Shown piece by piece: positions 24,629 to 38,149 of a stretch of 64,000 nucleotides of DNA (positions are counted from its first letter, which is position 1; each line of letters begins with the position of its first letter). The position numbers and the translations under genes are program-made. The DNA is from Tubiluchus corallicola (Eukaryota > Animalia > Priapulida). The stretch spans positions 186,001 through 250,000 of the forward strand of contig JAQGDQ010002381.1 of assembly GCA_030141605.1 (NCBI GenBank), read 5' to 3'. The notes beneath the pieces are model-generated. The model was not told where the DNA came from. It saw only the letters and a list, made by a program, of their open reading frames with translations, and ran no database searches.

Positions 24629-27600
24629 ATATTCTGCGTAAAAAGACTTTTTTACATGAAGTTTTTGCTTCACCTTTTGTTGATCATTTATTGCTGCTTC
24701 ACCGACCACTTTATTTCTGCTTCCTCGGGCATTTTACTACTCCCTCATGGGCCACTTTTTTACTGCTTCATGGACCATTTTATTGCTGCCTCATGGACCA
24801 CTTTATTGCTGCATCAAGGACCACTTTGTTTCTGCGTCATAGTGTCTTTGCCTAACCACGTGTCGGCTGAAATTCGTTTGTTCTTGTCCTGACTGACCGC
24901 TCAATGTTTACTTTACTCCCACAGTAACTTTTAGTACCCAAATCAAATGTCAAATTCACGAACTGGAACAATTATCTCGATGGGCTTCTTAAAAAAACAA
25001 TTTCTATAACAGCTAGGACAGGGATCAATTGAGAAGTTAATGTGTGCTTAGCGACCGAAATTAAATAACGCCGAGCCAGGGCAGGAAATGGAGGAGCGAC
25101 CGCCAAAACTTTTTCTTTTACGTTTTATCTGCCATGCTACTCGTTGAGTGACAATATATATCTAGCCGAAGTTCCGAATTTGTGTAAGACACTACCATCT
25201 GAAAGTCCAGCGAGGATTGTCCGCACTAAAGAGATGTCCCCAACAATCGACATAATAGGTGAGTTCTGCAGTTGATCGCTGGATTCATTCATGCTGGATA
25301 TCACCTAGCAGTAACTGAACTTCATAAAAAGAGGGTTAATTAATACTAACGGAAGTAAACTGAAAAATCATACAAAAGCGGCCATATCAATTACCCCATT
25401 ACTGAAACACATTTCAGCAAAGCGCTACTTTATTGGCATTGTGATCGGTTTCAGTGAAAGTGTTTCGGCATCAAACACAGTGCAATGCGTTGACCTTGTT
25501 TACTCGGACAAATGTAATCAGTAAATGGAGTGTAAATTATTCTGCAGTATGTGGCGTTATATAGTCAACCGCCATAAAGTTAATGCACTGCATATAAAGA
25601 AGCCAAGCAAACTGTATTGGAATGATACTGATACATAGTAAAAGCATGTTGTTCTAATCGTATGCAAACAGGGCATTACGATTTTCGTGACACCGTTTAC
25701 TTCGAAACGAAACGCGACTACGAAACGATTTCCGAACGTCTTTTCGTTCCCATCTCTTCAGTGAATCTAAGGAAACATTCTAAGAGATAAAACGATATAA
25801 AATTAATGGCTGCTTATGCAGAATACATTGCCTTACCCATTTTTTCTAGATAATGAATGACAACTGGTGCTTGACACTTCAGCAATTCAACAATTCATTA
25901 ATTTTATGTCGGTTGTTCCTTTCAATTTATTCCTGGATTCACTGAAAAAAGGGAACGAAAACGGGATCTTCTGAAATGCAATAAGCTGTACAAAGAAAGT
26001 TATGATGCTCTGGTTGTATTGGATGAAAATATTGTTCAAATCGGGCAAACAAAGAAACAATTTATGTGTTACCTACAGTTTGTTGTAGATAACTCTTGTA
26101 CTATTGTATTTTACATAGCACGAGGCCTCGTGACATGCGTAGCAGATATCTAACTACTTTGTCCATCCCCGTAGATCAGTGTTTTTTGCCCCATACATCT
26201 TTTTCACCATATGTTCTGTTATCATTCCTACTAGGTCTTTCCAAAATGGTCTAATTTCTTAGCGTATTACCCCCTGGAAACATTTTAATAATATGTCAGG
26301 ATGTTGCACCTTTTACACCTTTTTAAGCTTACCTGATTCTGCACGTTGCAGATTTACTTGATTGGTTTTTATAACAGATTTTTACAAATACAGCAGTAAT
26401 AGAAAAACTGAAATGAAGTCGTGTAAATTAACGCTTGAAATTCAACAGTACGCTGTCCTGTAGCACAATTTGTAAAATTCTAGTTTGCTGATCAATATTC
26501 AAAACTCCCACCTGTTGAGAACCACTCCTGCAGATACAGAGTTGTGGATCATGCACATGCGCATGCGCCTGCAATAAGTCAATGGTACCCTCCTGAATTG
26601 TTCAAATAAACCAGAAGTCGGTGGATATAGAGGCCAAAGAGAAGGGCATAACAGCCTCGTTGGCTATTCCGAATTATAAGTCTTCACGCGTGGTGCTTTC
26701 AACTTGCAAACTTCTCCGTTTGGTCCGTTAAATACCCCCCCCCTTTATATCTTAATACATTTCTTGTAATAGCGAGGTTATTAGCCCGTAGTAGGCCCAG
26801 TTGGGAACTGCAAGACTAATCAACTCTTTGGATAAGAAATTGCCAGTATTTACCCTTCAATAGTAACTCCTACCATCTACCATTAATCAATTTCTCATTG
26901 ATTAAAATGTTTCCCACATAAGAAAGTAAGCGCCATGAGACTAATCAAAATGACCTGAACTGAAAGTACACTTTCACGTTCACCCGGCACTAGACTATCT
27001 AGATACCAGACCACCATTGACCACTGAACAGCCTCCAGGTTCATCAACGTCTACTAAAAGTTGGATATTAATGATGAAGCCAAATAGCCTTGCATTTCGA
27101 TGTAAAAAAGTCAAATGTAAATTTTGCTGCACGTTGTGATATTTCAGGAAAGTTCGCTTAAGCTTTAATTAAGGTAATGTTTAAGTAAATCTGAGCATTT
27201 CTTCAAACTGCAATTAAGATTGCGCCAACATGACATTCAGTTAACCGCCTTAACTGGTAAAATCCTAACTAAAGCAAGAGATTACTATAATTAAGATTTC
27301 CAATTGGAAAATGGTTTATAAAAGGAAATAAGACTTAATTTACCGTCAGACAAATTCTATGCAGGAAAATCTTCAGTGACTTACTAGACTAGAAGAAAAT
27401 GTGCTTCTGTAAAGTTCTATGGGAGACATTTATGACATCTATTTCAGGGTTGTTAGATCTAAAAATCCATTTCTATTAGCTTCCTTTAAAAATGCCAGTC
27501 TTTTTGGGTCTAGTGGAACTTTTTCAGATTCCGCAAAATCGAATTGATAAAAATAATGTTTTTATAATAATTATTAAGGCAAATCAGTTAATGTTTGTGT

Positions 27601-28117
27601 GGCGGTTATTGCGTGAAGTGAAAGTAACAGAAATGGATCCTCCCAGTCATAGTCCTAACTACTCTGGAATGGATGTTATAATCGTTTCTCGATGTTAATT
27701 TTCTGTGAATTTCATTTAGCTTATATGTTTGTGCAAAAAACTTAATGGCCATTTTGTTTTTTCTTTGCAACCGAAAGGCCTGTGGTTCGAATCCAGACTG
27801 CATCCGACTTTTTCACATTTGCTGTCGGATAGATTGGTTTGAAAAATTCAATAATTATTTGTTTATTCATCAATAATCTGTTAGCATTAAGCGACCTCGG
27901 AATTCTGCTCCTATCGAACCTAAGTAGATATGGACGTAAAGATAAACGTGTGGGCGGAACATAATTTCGACAGGCAGACAGACAAGCGGGCAGGCAAACA
28001 GATAAATAAATAGATAGCCTAACAGACGAAGTAGTTAAAACGAATTAGTTACATGTAATTAAGTAATTAGTAACGAGGTCTATATGATCATTGCAACCTG
28101 CATCTTTATGATTTATA

Positions 28118-28526
28118 TTTAGTAATCGAATGTGGAAACTTTTCCAAGTCTATAATTCTGAATGCTGCAAGAAGAAATTATTGAAGTCTCGTAATCTAAT
28201 CTATCTCTACACTTTAACAAGTTTAAAAATTACGACGAAAGAGTTAAGATCGGTTTAGTAATCGAATGTGGAAATTTTTCCAAGTCTATAATTCTGAATG
28301 CTGTAAGAAGAAATTATTGAAGTCTCGTAACCTAATCTATCTCTACACTTTAACAAGTTTAAAAATTACGACGAAAGAGTTAAGATCGGTTTAGTAATCG
28401 AATGTGGAAACTTTTCCAAGTCTATAATTCTGAATGCTGTAAGAAGAAATTATTGAAGTCTCGTAACCTAATCTATCTCTACACTTTAACAAGTTTAAAA
28501 ATTACTACGAAAGAGTTAAGATCGGT
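28118..28526. repeat. 136-bp tandem repeat, 3 near-identical copies
   Basis: AGTAATCGAATGTGG at 28121, 28257 and 28393. Confidence 0.95.
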
Positions 28527-30261
28527 ACCAATGCGCAAGCTAATAATTCGTAAGCAAACTGTTAATGCGTCGACTTCATGAATTCTTAACTTATTTCATG
28601 TTTTCCCTATAATCATCGTCATTTACGTCCAGCTTATATACAAATTTAATGTACATTTATTCTCTTGGGAAATTTGGGTTACTTGCACCTATAATACCCG
28701 ATAACATTTGGGTTCTTCACAGCTATCATTACAGAGTCTTCGTAAATACTGTATGAAAAATTAACGAAGATTACGCTGTCTCTATTTCGTGTAATTATTT
28801 CGTTAAACACCTCTAAGGCTATAACGCCGCATAAGAATATTAAGTGACATCTTCAGTCATTTCTAAATTACCAAAACTTTAGCAGTAAATTAGAATAGAG
28901 TCGGAATTTGTTTAAAATTAACATAAATTGCATTTACTTGAATTTAATTACGTTATATTTCATTCCGTTCGTTACGTTACGTTCCGTGTTGTCATATCAC
29001 GTACACACGCTACATTATGTAGCATTACCGGTACAGCAAAGCATTTTTTTAGAATTTTGACGGCAAACTTGCCTACTGCTGACTGTGCACGTTTGTGTGT
29101 AACTGCACAGATCTAAATCTCATCAGAGCTTTGAGCTAACTGCATGTGCAAGAACAACATGATGCAGCAACATAACATTAAATTCTGTTCTATTCGTCAC
29201 TTTCGTTGTGTACAATATGATACAATCTCTATTAATAATAACTGTGCGATAATTACTTTTTCGCGTGATAAATGAATTTTTTGTTGGACGTGCTGAATCT
29301 CTCGTCTAAGAATTCCTCTTTATTTTGTTTCGTTGTTTCCATGGTGTGTCCACACTATTCAGGGTACAGGGCGTAATCTCTTCTGCGAGATATGATCGTC
29401 TCCAAAGCGCATCCGTCTTCTAAGCGTTCTGATGGATAACATTTTTTACTTTCTTTTACTCTTTCTCGTGTAGTTTTGTTTCCATTCCTCTTCTTTTTGT
29501 TGAGTCCATAGCCACAATGTACATTTGTTCAAATAACCCATTAGCACTTTTGCATCATTTGACTAAATAATTTCTTGTAGTGGCATAGTTCACTTTGTCG
29601 TAACATATTCAAGCATATTCTCAGTAGTATCATCTTCATTTTTATACACTGGACTCTCGTCTTCTTTGAACTGACTGTTCTAATACTTCTTGAGTAGCAA
29701 CATATTTAATTTAATTTTTATCAACACCCCTTCTAGTGCTATTCCTAGACAGCTTATGATAGCTGATTACGTAATTAACAGCAGAGCTGTGGCAATACGA
29801 TATTAATAACAGTAACTCCATACAATTTTTTATTTTGCCAAGTTTATAAGGTACAAATTTTAAATACCTTGACTTTGTTTTAACCCCTCCTGTCCTAACC
29901 AGATCTTTCACCTATAGTGTCGTATTAGTCATCGCCTCTATATTGTGTAATAGGCTTGTAAATAGCGCCAATAAAAGCAATATTCCGAAGAACATCAGTC
30001 CCTAATTATTGTATTGCGTTACTAATATTACATACGTTATTGTCAACTGCTGTGCAGTTAATTATGCAGTAAACCATAGTGGCATGGTTATATACAGTCT
30101 ATAGATACAATATAAGTGCACAGTATATGTTTTTACAACGACCTCTATGGCGATAACCACAAAAGCGGTAACAGTATCAACAAGAATACTGAAGGTGACA
30201 AATATAGCGACAACGGAAACTACAAGGACAAGAGCAACAAAACCAATAACATAAACCGTTG

Positions 30262-30445
30262 CACAACAACAACAACAACAACGACGACAACAACAACAAC
30301 AACAGCAAAAGCAATAGCGGCAACAGCAACGGCAACAACAGCAGCAGCAGTAGCAACAACGATGACGACGACAACAACAACAACATGGTTGCACTAGGAG
30401 CACCAAAGACAATGATTGTGATGACAGCAATAGCAACAACAGCTA

Positions 30446-30477
<32 letters not shown>

Positions 30478-30500
30478 ACAACAAAACGGCTGCAGCAGGA
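30262..30500. repeat. (CAA/CAG)n complex trinucleotide repeat
   Basis: Directly visible. Confidence 0.9.
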
Positions 30501-31240
30501 GTAGAAGAAAAAAGAAAAAGAAAAATTAATACCGCCATGGATTGTTGACGCTTTAAAAATAGGCAGCTTTACCATCACCAACATGAAGACAGCGAGGATG
30601 TTTATAATAGATCCTGGTGTTTATTTGACTCCACCTAATTTGTCTGAAGTTAATGGCTCTAATGCAATTGACACCAAGCGTAAATGAGGGGAGTGCACTG
30701 AAAGTGTGTGTGCTCGTTTAGAAATGGCTTGCATTGTGGTTTGAATGAAAAACAAAAGCAAGAAATGAAGCAAATAAAACGCTTTTTGCAAACAAGGAAA
30801 ATGCGTTACAAGGTTTTCTGAGAAACATGTATTGTGTTTTAAAACATAGTACATAGATAAATAGTTAAACCACAGCCCAAGTTTGGAACACTTGCTTAAA
30901 CATGCATAATGCGCGTTTGGCAAACTTTGTGAACAAATGCAGCTTGTAACTCTAGTGACGCATCTGCTAAAATTATTACTGAACTAGAAAAAGAGCGAGA
31001 CCACTTTTAATGATTGCCTAATGCAGTCATCTCATTAGGTGCCAAAGGTTTCGTTTAGTACTGACCGTCTCTCGGCTTGTGTGATAGCTTGTGTTATACT
31101 ACAACGAACTCTTCTTCAAATAAACAAAACCTAACTAAGCCCTGGAGTCACCCAATGGTGTCCAGTTTTAGTGGAAGTATTGGATAACGGCGCCAAAGCC
31201 ATTTGCTGGAATCTTTGAACTTGTAGTAAACTTAGCCGTA

Positions 31241-31445
31241 ACAAATGATACTGAAGCTTGGCACATATATACTTCGGACTACGTAAAAAATGTTGCATGT
31301 TGCCAAAAAACTGTTGTAATTGACGGTACAGATAGCCCTGAGTACAGATAGTACAAATGATACTGAAGCTTGGCACATTTGTACATCGGACTACGTAAAA
31401 AATGTAGCATGTTGCCAAAAAACTGTTGTAATTGACGGTACAGAT
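31241..31445. repeat. 112-bp direct duplication (~1.8 copies)
   Basis: ACAAATGATACTGAAGCTTGGCACAT...TGACGGTACAGAT at 31241 and 31353. Confidence 0.85.
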
Positions 31446-32677
31446 TGTTCAATACAAAAACAGAATTATAACTTTCACTGATTAGTTAAAATGATCAGAG
31501 GTTTCATGTGACCAGCCATATCGAAAATATAGTTCCCAACAAAATAAAATTTACTGTGTTGATGTAAATAGTCCACAAAGTTGCTCTTCGTGAATTCAAA
31601 ATACTTTGATAGTAAACCGACGCCTCTGAAGCTCCTTCCCAGGGGATTTCCTTTTATAATGAGGTTCTGTTTCCATATTAAGACCGCCTCTACCTGCCAT
31701 TACGGGAAGGACAGTGCGATGAAATATGTTAGGTGGCGCAAAAAACGTGCCGATACTTTGATCACGGAATCGCTTGAAAGTTACCACACAGATGGTACAG
31801 ACGTTTGTGTGATAATATCAGAAATTTTTGGTCATTCATATAATTATAATTTTTCCAAAGATACAAAAGTCTGAAAACAGGAAGTCAAAAAAGTAAATAC
31901 CGGAAAAAATTGTGTTACTGTTGTTAAACTTACCGACAATGCTCTACGTGTCCACCATTTAGCTGCAAACTAAACGAAGGCGTTCCTTCCGACAGCTGAC
32001 ACAATTTCTACCTTCTTTAATTAAGGGGTACTTGATCCCACCTGCTCAACAATTTTTGCTCTTAGTTTCTCTGAATCAAACGGCTCTGTATGACCGTCGC
32101 ATACGCTGGAAATTCAAGATACTTTAGTTTAGTTCAGGATTAAGTTTAATTTTTTTATTTGACAGCAAATCCTTATCAATATTTTACTATAGCCCAGGAT
32201 GTAAAATGAGCTAACATTGTTCTGGCATTTAAATATTTGACGTACAAAAGATTTTCGGCCATGGCTTAAAACTATACACTTGCAACTCTCACAACCAAAA
32301 GTCAATGCATTGTAGTACCAAGCTGTTAAACTTCATCTTTGTAGAGAACCTGCTTCTACTGTACTGTAGTTTAAATTTTGGTATTTTTCTGCGCCAGCAG
32401 ATGAAAAAGACATTTGAAATTGTTCACTTGGCTGAAATTAAGGTTTTGGAAATTGAAGAGCTACTGTTGAAGAGAAGGATCAAGCCAAAGAACTGGATAA
32501 GGATGTTGCTGAATATGACAATTAAAAGAATCAAATTTATCTATTGCTGCCTTCATTGATAACAACTGGGTTACCATCTGAGAATTTGCTGTTTGCAACA
32601 AACTGTAAACATTAATTACAAAGGGAAATGACAGGTCGGCAACTAGAAGTTTTTTACACATGGAGTTCATACATGGT

Positions 32678-32962
<285 letters not shown>

Positions 32963-34314
32963 TAAGTGTTTACTGAATATTTGCTGTGCAATTTAGTGAA
33001 TAATTTATAGCATAACGAGTAGTATACCAGCAATTACAACGTCACTTAGCTTGGTTGGATCATTAATCTCCAATCTGCAACAACTATTATATGCGAGATT
33101 ATGCCAAGTAAACAGCAATCATAGGGCTATAAATGAAGACTGTGTGAACATAATGGTAAAACCAACGCACTCATCCAGAACATTTAGCTGAATTGCTTGA
33201 CCAAAAGTTCCTTTGGTTTAAATTGAAGTACTAAAATACCGATAAGAAACGGCAAAAGGAAAAAATCCATAGTAATTATTTAGGTAAGTTGACTGCTGCT
33301 GCATGTGCAAACGATAACGACAACAATAACAACAAGAGCAGCAATAACAACAACAGCAGCAACAACAACATCAACAACCTTGAAGTCAACATTTAACACT
33401 ATACGTAGATAACAATGATCATTCATCTTTACATTTGAATCTGACTTTCACTCAAATTACAGACTTGCAGTATAATTATTTTCCCATTGTGCTTCTGTGA
33501 GAATGACCTTTATTATGATTTTTAGTTCTACTACTGACAATTCTTTTAATCACTGCCATGCCTCAGGTGTCATGATTAAACGATGACTCGCTCGCTTTAC
33601 CATACAATCAGGTCTGTCACAGAAACGTGATCTTTTACACAAGTGTGGTAATTTAAAATAATCAGTGCGTTCAGATGAAAGTATTAAACTTCAGGTGTAG
33701 GGTTGATGAAAGGAGAGTGAAACAAAGCGTTATAATATTGTGAACATCGTGTAGTAAATCGTACTGAATGCAGCTGATATTCTAGCTGCCGTTGGTGTTA
33801 AAAATTTAAACAGCATAATTAAAAATGGTGGCTGAATAAGGTCATGGGGCGTTAGTGGCAATGATGGTGTTGTTGGCGTTGATGTTTGTGTTAGTTGCGG
33901 TGCCACATGGCAGTGCATATTGATTATGAGAGTGATGATGATGACGACGACGACGACAATGATGATAACTTTAGGATGTTTCGGAACTTGCAGTGTGACT
34001 ACAACCGACGAGTATTGACAACTGACTGCTTTATCGACGTTTGGTTAAGCGACGTATCGACTCTTCAGTTAGTTTTTTAAATTTTGCAAAATACGGTCGC
34101 GTCTCTGAATTCAAATGAGATCTGCATCAGAAGTGTCTGAGCTTCACAAAAATGATAATTTTATTTCTATGATTGTCTACAGCACACCCACACACAGAGG
34201 AGCAAAAACTTTAATGGTTCCCAGTTTATTTCACTTACACGTGCCTAGAAGTATATACAGCTCAGTTGCTCATTGTCCCAATGGTTGACTATATTTTTAG
34301 CAGGAAACTGCAAA

Positions 34315-34560
34315 CTGCAACAACAACAATAGCAACGGTAGTAACAACAAAAATAACAACAACAACGATAAAACAACAATAACGACAACAGCCGCAGCCC
34401 TTGCTATGAAACTAGCGTTTTTTTATAATTTGACAATAGTGCAAGTGTCAACGGGCAGAATCTATTTAATTTAGATGGTTGTGGCAAAAAGAGAGCCTGA
34501 TTTATCACCAAGGTTACGCATCTAAGTTGAGGCACTAAATTGGCAGAGATATTTTAGACA
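34315..34560 (-). mobile_element. 5'-truncated reverse copy of the SINE at 35434-35860
   Basis: Its reverse complement aligns over ~240 bp with 35585-35860. Confidence 0.65.
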
Positions 34561-34637
34561 TGTTCAAATGTGAATGCGAATTTTCTTCAATCTTTTTACT
34601 TTACTGTTTTAAACATTTCAATAATTATTCTTGTCGT

Positions 34638-35394
34638 TAGGACCGGCTTTACCACCAGGCAAACTAGACGGGTTGCCTAGGGCACCATTTTCTTAGAGGG
34701 GAGGGGCTCAAAATTCTGGAAGTGATTCCTTATTTTTAAGTTTAGTATAAGCAATAACATAGTGATTGACACGTTACCAAGTTCTTGTCCACAGTTTATA
34801 TTGTAGGCATAGGGCAGCAGCCAAAGTAACGACTCCTTTCCTTAACAGAAAAGTTCCTTGCATTAGCATTTATCTAATCGTGGCAGATAGACTTGTAAGA
34901 GTCGAAGCTTTCAGTAGCATAATACACGAAACAAAAAGTAAAAGAAGCTGGTGGACAGTGAACAGCAACAAAATCTTAAAAGAGAGTATTTACAACCAGA
35001 CCAGAGTTATATGGTTGTGAAGATGATGATGCTAATGGAATGGACGTATGTGAAAAAGAGGAGTCAGAAGACTCAGTCACTGTTCTCTGATGATAAGGCT
35101 GAAGGAAAATCTAGCCATGAATATGAACATGAAGGCTGCGCGGCTGAAATTGTAGAAATATTGATTGCTCGTGAAGACCCAGGACGTACAATGATGTCAA
35201 TTTCAAATGTAGTTGTAGAGTGGTAGTTAACTTCAGTTAATCAGTACACAATAATGTATAGGCCCAACACACAAGTACCATTAATACTTTAATATATACA
35301 ACAAAAACACAATTTTGTAGTGGTTGTATGACGTATGTGTGGGGGATTAAAAATACTTTTGGCTAGGGCGTCAAATGACCTAGAACCCGCCCAA
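34638..35394 (+). mobile_element. hAT-type non-autonomous element
   Basis: Degenerate TIRs TAGGACCGGCT / AACCCGCCCAA, subterminal GCCTAGGGC motifs, 8-bp TSD CTTGTCGT / CTTGTCAT. Confidence 0.65.
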
Positions 35395-35433
35395 CTTGTC
35401 ATTAAAGCTGACACAAAATTAGCACTTTCAAGT

Positions 35434-35753
35434 GTGATGTATAGCCGAGTGGTCACGGACGGAATGAGCTGTTAGTGACCAAAATTAAGAATGGTCAGTC
35501 GAAGCTGGTCAGTTAAGGATGGGTGATCACCTGGTTCAATACTTGCTCGGGATAGTTTTGCGATATTGGTTGTTTTCCTCTTGTGGCTAAAATATCTCTG
35601 CAAATTTTTTTAGTGTGTCAACTTAGATGCGTAGCCTTGATGATGAATCAGGCTCTGATCTTGCCACAACCATCTAAATTAAATATATTCCACCTTTTGA
35701 CACTTGCACTATTGTCAAATCATAAAAAACGCTAGTTTTATAGCAGGGGCTGC

Positions 35754-35784
<31 letters not shown>

Positions 35785-35860
35785 TCTGCTGCTACCGTTT
35801 TCGCTGTTGTTGCTGCTATTGTTGTCTTATTTTATCGTTGTTGTTGTTATTGTTTTTGTT
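35434..35860 (+). mobile_element. Putative SINE with composite tRNA-A-box plus 5S-like head and microsatellite tail
   Basis: TAGCCGAGTGGTCA (A box), then GACCAAAATTAAG...GCTGGTCAGT..GGATGGGTGATCACCTGG resembling the 5S ICR; 3' hairpin TTGACA...TGTCAA, then (CTG/GTT)n. Confidence 0.55.
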
Positions 35861-36381
35861 GTTATATCGTTGCTGCTGTTGTTTCTGTCGCTATCGTTGT
35901 CGTTGTCGTCGTCGTTCTTGTTGTTGTCATTGTCGTTACCATTGTCGCTGTCGCTGTTGTTGTTCCTGTTATTTTTTGCAATTACTGCTGTTGTTGTTGC
36001 CGTTGCTGTGATTTTCTGGAATTTGTGAGTAAATAAAAACCCGCCATTGCTTATGTGTAACTCCATTTTATACCAAACGTGCTCAGGTGTCACAGTTCTC
36101 TCATGTTCTCAATATTCCCATAGCGCACCTGCTAGTGTTTGTGTTGGACCATAAATCAAACTAATTAGCGCGATCGCAAATTATTAGCTAGCTACATTGC
36201 TTCTATGATGTGCTTAATTAGCTCCTATAGCTCATCTGTTGTATCTACAAATGCAAGATTGCATTATAACTGATTATAGATAACAGCGTAGATGGATTTA
36301 CAATCTGGAACAAAATGTACGTCATAAGCGAAAAGCTACATGGGAGCAAGAAAAGAAGAAAACATCAAGAGAAAAACTGCT

Positions 36382-36725
36382 TATTTATTTATTTATTCTA
36401 TTTTAATCACACCCAATAGTAAAATAGAGTCTACAATAAAAACAATATAATATAAAACACGTTGGCAAAGAACATACAAATAAAATATTTACAAGAGTGT
36501 GGTAAAGACACAAAGATATTAACTGCTTACATGTGTCCGTTGTGTACAAGGAATTTATGCAAGTTAACTTTATATAGGCGGTTTTTAAATAACTTAATAT
36601 TTTATGCAGTTACGTGGGGTACACCATCAACATATGCAGGCAGTGAGTTCCAAATCGGTACAACACGATTTGAGAAAAATTGACCAAATGATACTTTAGC
36701 TCTTCGACGCACGAAAAGCTTGTTT
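36382..36725 (-). mobile_element. CR1-like LINE 3' fragment
   Basis: KLFVRRRAKVSFGQFFSNRVVPIWNSLP...FKNRL followed by an (AATA)n tail. Confidence 0.75.
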
Positions 36726-36929
36726 ACTGTTAGGATAGTTGCTACAATTAAGTTTAAGTTTATTACACACCAAATGAGAAGTAAACAATATACATTAAGA
36801 TACATACATATACATACAAACATATACATCATATAAAAACATGCTATACACATTAAATTACGTACATACACAAAAAGCAGCATGATAATGAGGGGCGGTG
36901 TGGGGGAGACACGAAAAGCAAATGCTTCT

Positions 36930-37300
36930 TACATGTGCCTGTTAAATACTAAGAAAGCATTTAGATCGACATAATTTAGTCGCCGTATAAAAAAAGTTTG
37001 CATTGCGAGCTTTTGCTAATGGTGCATCATTTACAATTTCTGGTAAACTACTCCAAATCGAAAAAAATGACCAAATATTTTTAGCAGATCGCTTGACATA
37101 CATTTTAAGTGAGTTGGTACTTCTTGTCCGACTAGATGTAGCAAATGAGAAAAATTTATCTCTGTCTATATCTACGTCTTTATGTATGATTTGATAACAC
37201 AGTATAAATCTTTATCTAACCGTCTTTCCTCTAATGATCTAAGAGTTAGAAAGTTCAATCGTAACGGATTTGACAAATAAGTAATGTTACCTGCCAGTTT
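36930..37300 (-). mobile_element. Second, degenerate CR1-like LINE 3' fragment
   Basis: LRSLEERRLDKDL...FFSFATSSRTRSTNSLKMY...WSSLPEIV...VDLNAFL, with frameshifts. Confidence 0.65.
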
Positions 37301-38149
37301 GAATAGTTGGATTCACAGCGTCGATCACCGCAACATATTCTTGGGTTGATACGAAACGCGTAACGATATAAAAATCGCATTACGTGACTCAGTGACTCAG
37401 TGATACATTAATTAACAACATAGGTAAAACAGTAATAATAACTATTTATGTAACTATGATGTGAAGTTGAAATTGTGATTAAAGTGAAAGTTGTCGTGTT
37501 TTCAAACTTTCATTTCTTTCCCTTATAACTCTTTTACTTGAATTGAAACTTCATTTAACTTTTTATTGGTAATCTTCTTATTGATTATAGCTATAAAATT
37601 TTACTGTTTACTTTTTACTCGTGTAGTTATTTCTTGTGCCTAATAAATAAATAATAAATAATAAAAACGGTACTGTGTACTGTGTCAGCGTTGACTTCTC
37701 TTGCAGCAGCTTTATCTTCAAAGTTATACCCCCCCCCCCCAACCGAAAATATTACAGAGCTGAGCGTATACTGTAACGGACCAAGAAATACACAGCAGTC
37801 AACATGTCATTTGAACCAATAGCCGTTATGGTTGGCTGTTAGGAACTGCTTACAGCACTTCAATTTGCCGTGTATCATTTCACATTTGCAACTTAAACTC
37901 TGTGAAATAAGCAGTAATTGGAATAATGATATTTTACCCTTAGTGGTAATAACAGTAATGTGCTTGCCCTTGAGGGACATTGTGCTTTTATAAGTAGCAG
38001 CTAAAATGTTACAACACAAATGGACCGCCGAGTGGCATTAGCAGGCAGAAGATGGCAATCGCGTTGAAGGAAGACAATGAAGACGAAGAGGTTTAACTTC
38101 ATCTGCGTCCAGAAGCATTAATCGTAATATCATGAAAGATATACGAAGC

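Noticed and set aside
27765-27805. tRNA-like fragment (GGTTCGAATCC)
   Set aside because: Only a B box and T-arm-like piece; probably a SINE scrap and too short to call.
28118-28526. 136-bp repeats as a repeat-spacer array or RNA gene cluster
   Set aside because: The units are near-identical along their full length and have no Pol III boxes or recognisable RNA motif.
29088-29127. Minus-strand CTGATGAG as a second hammerhead core
   Set aside because: No pairing stem II and no GAAA at the required position.
29380-29710. Purine-rich minus-strand stretch resembling a decayed TE ORF
   Set aside because: Stops in the frames I translated and no recognisable motif.
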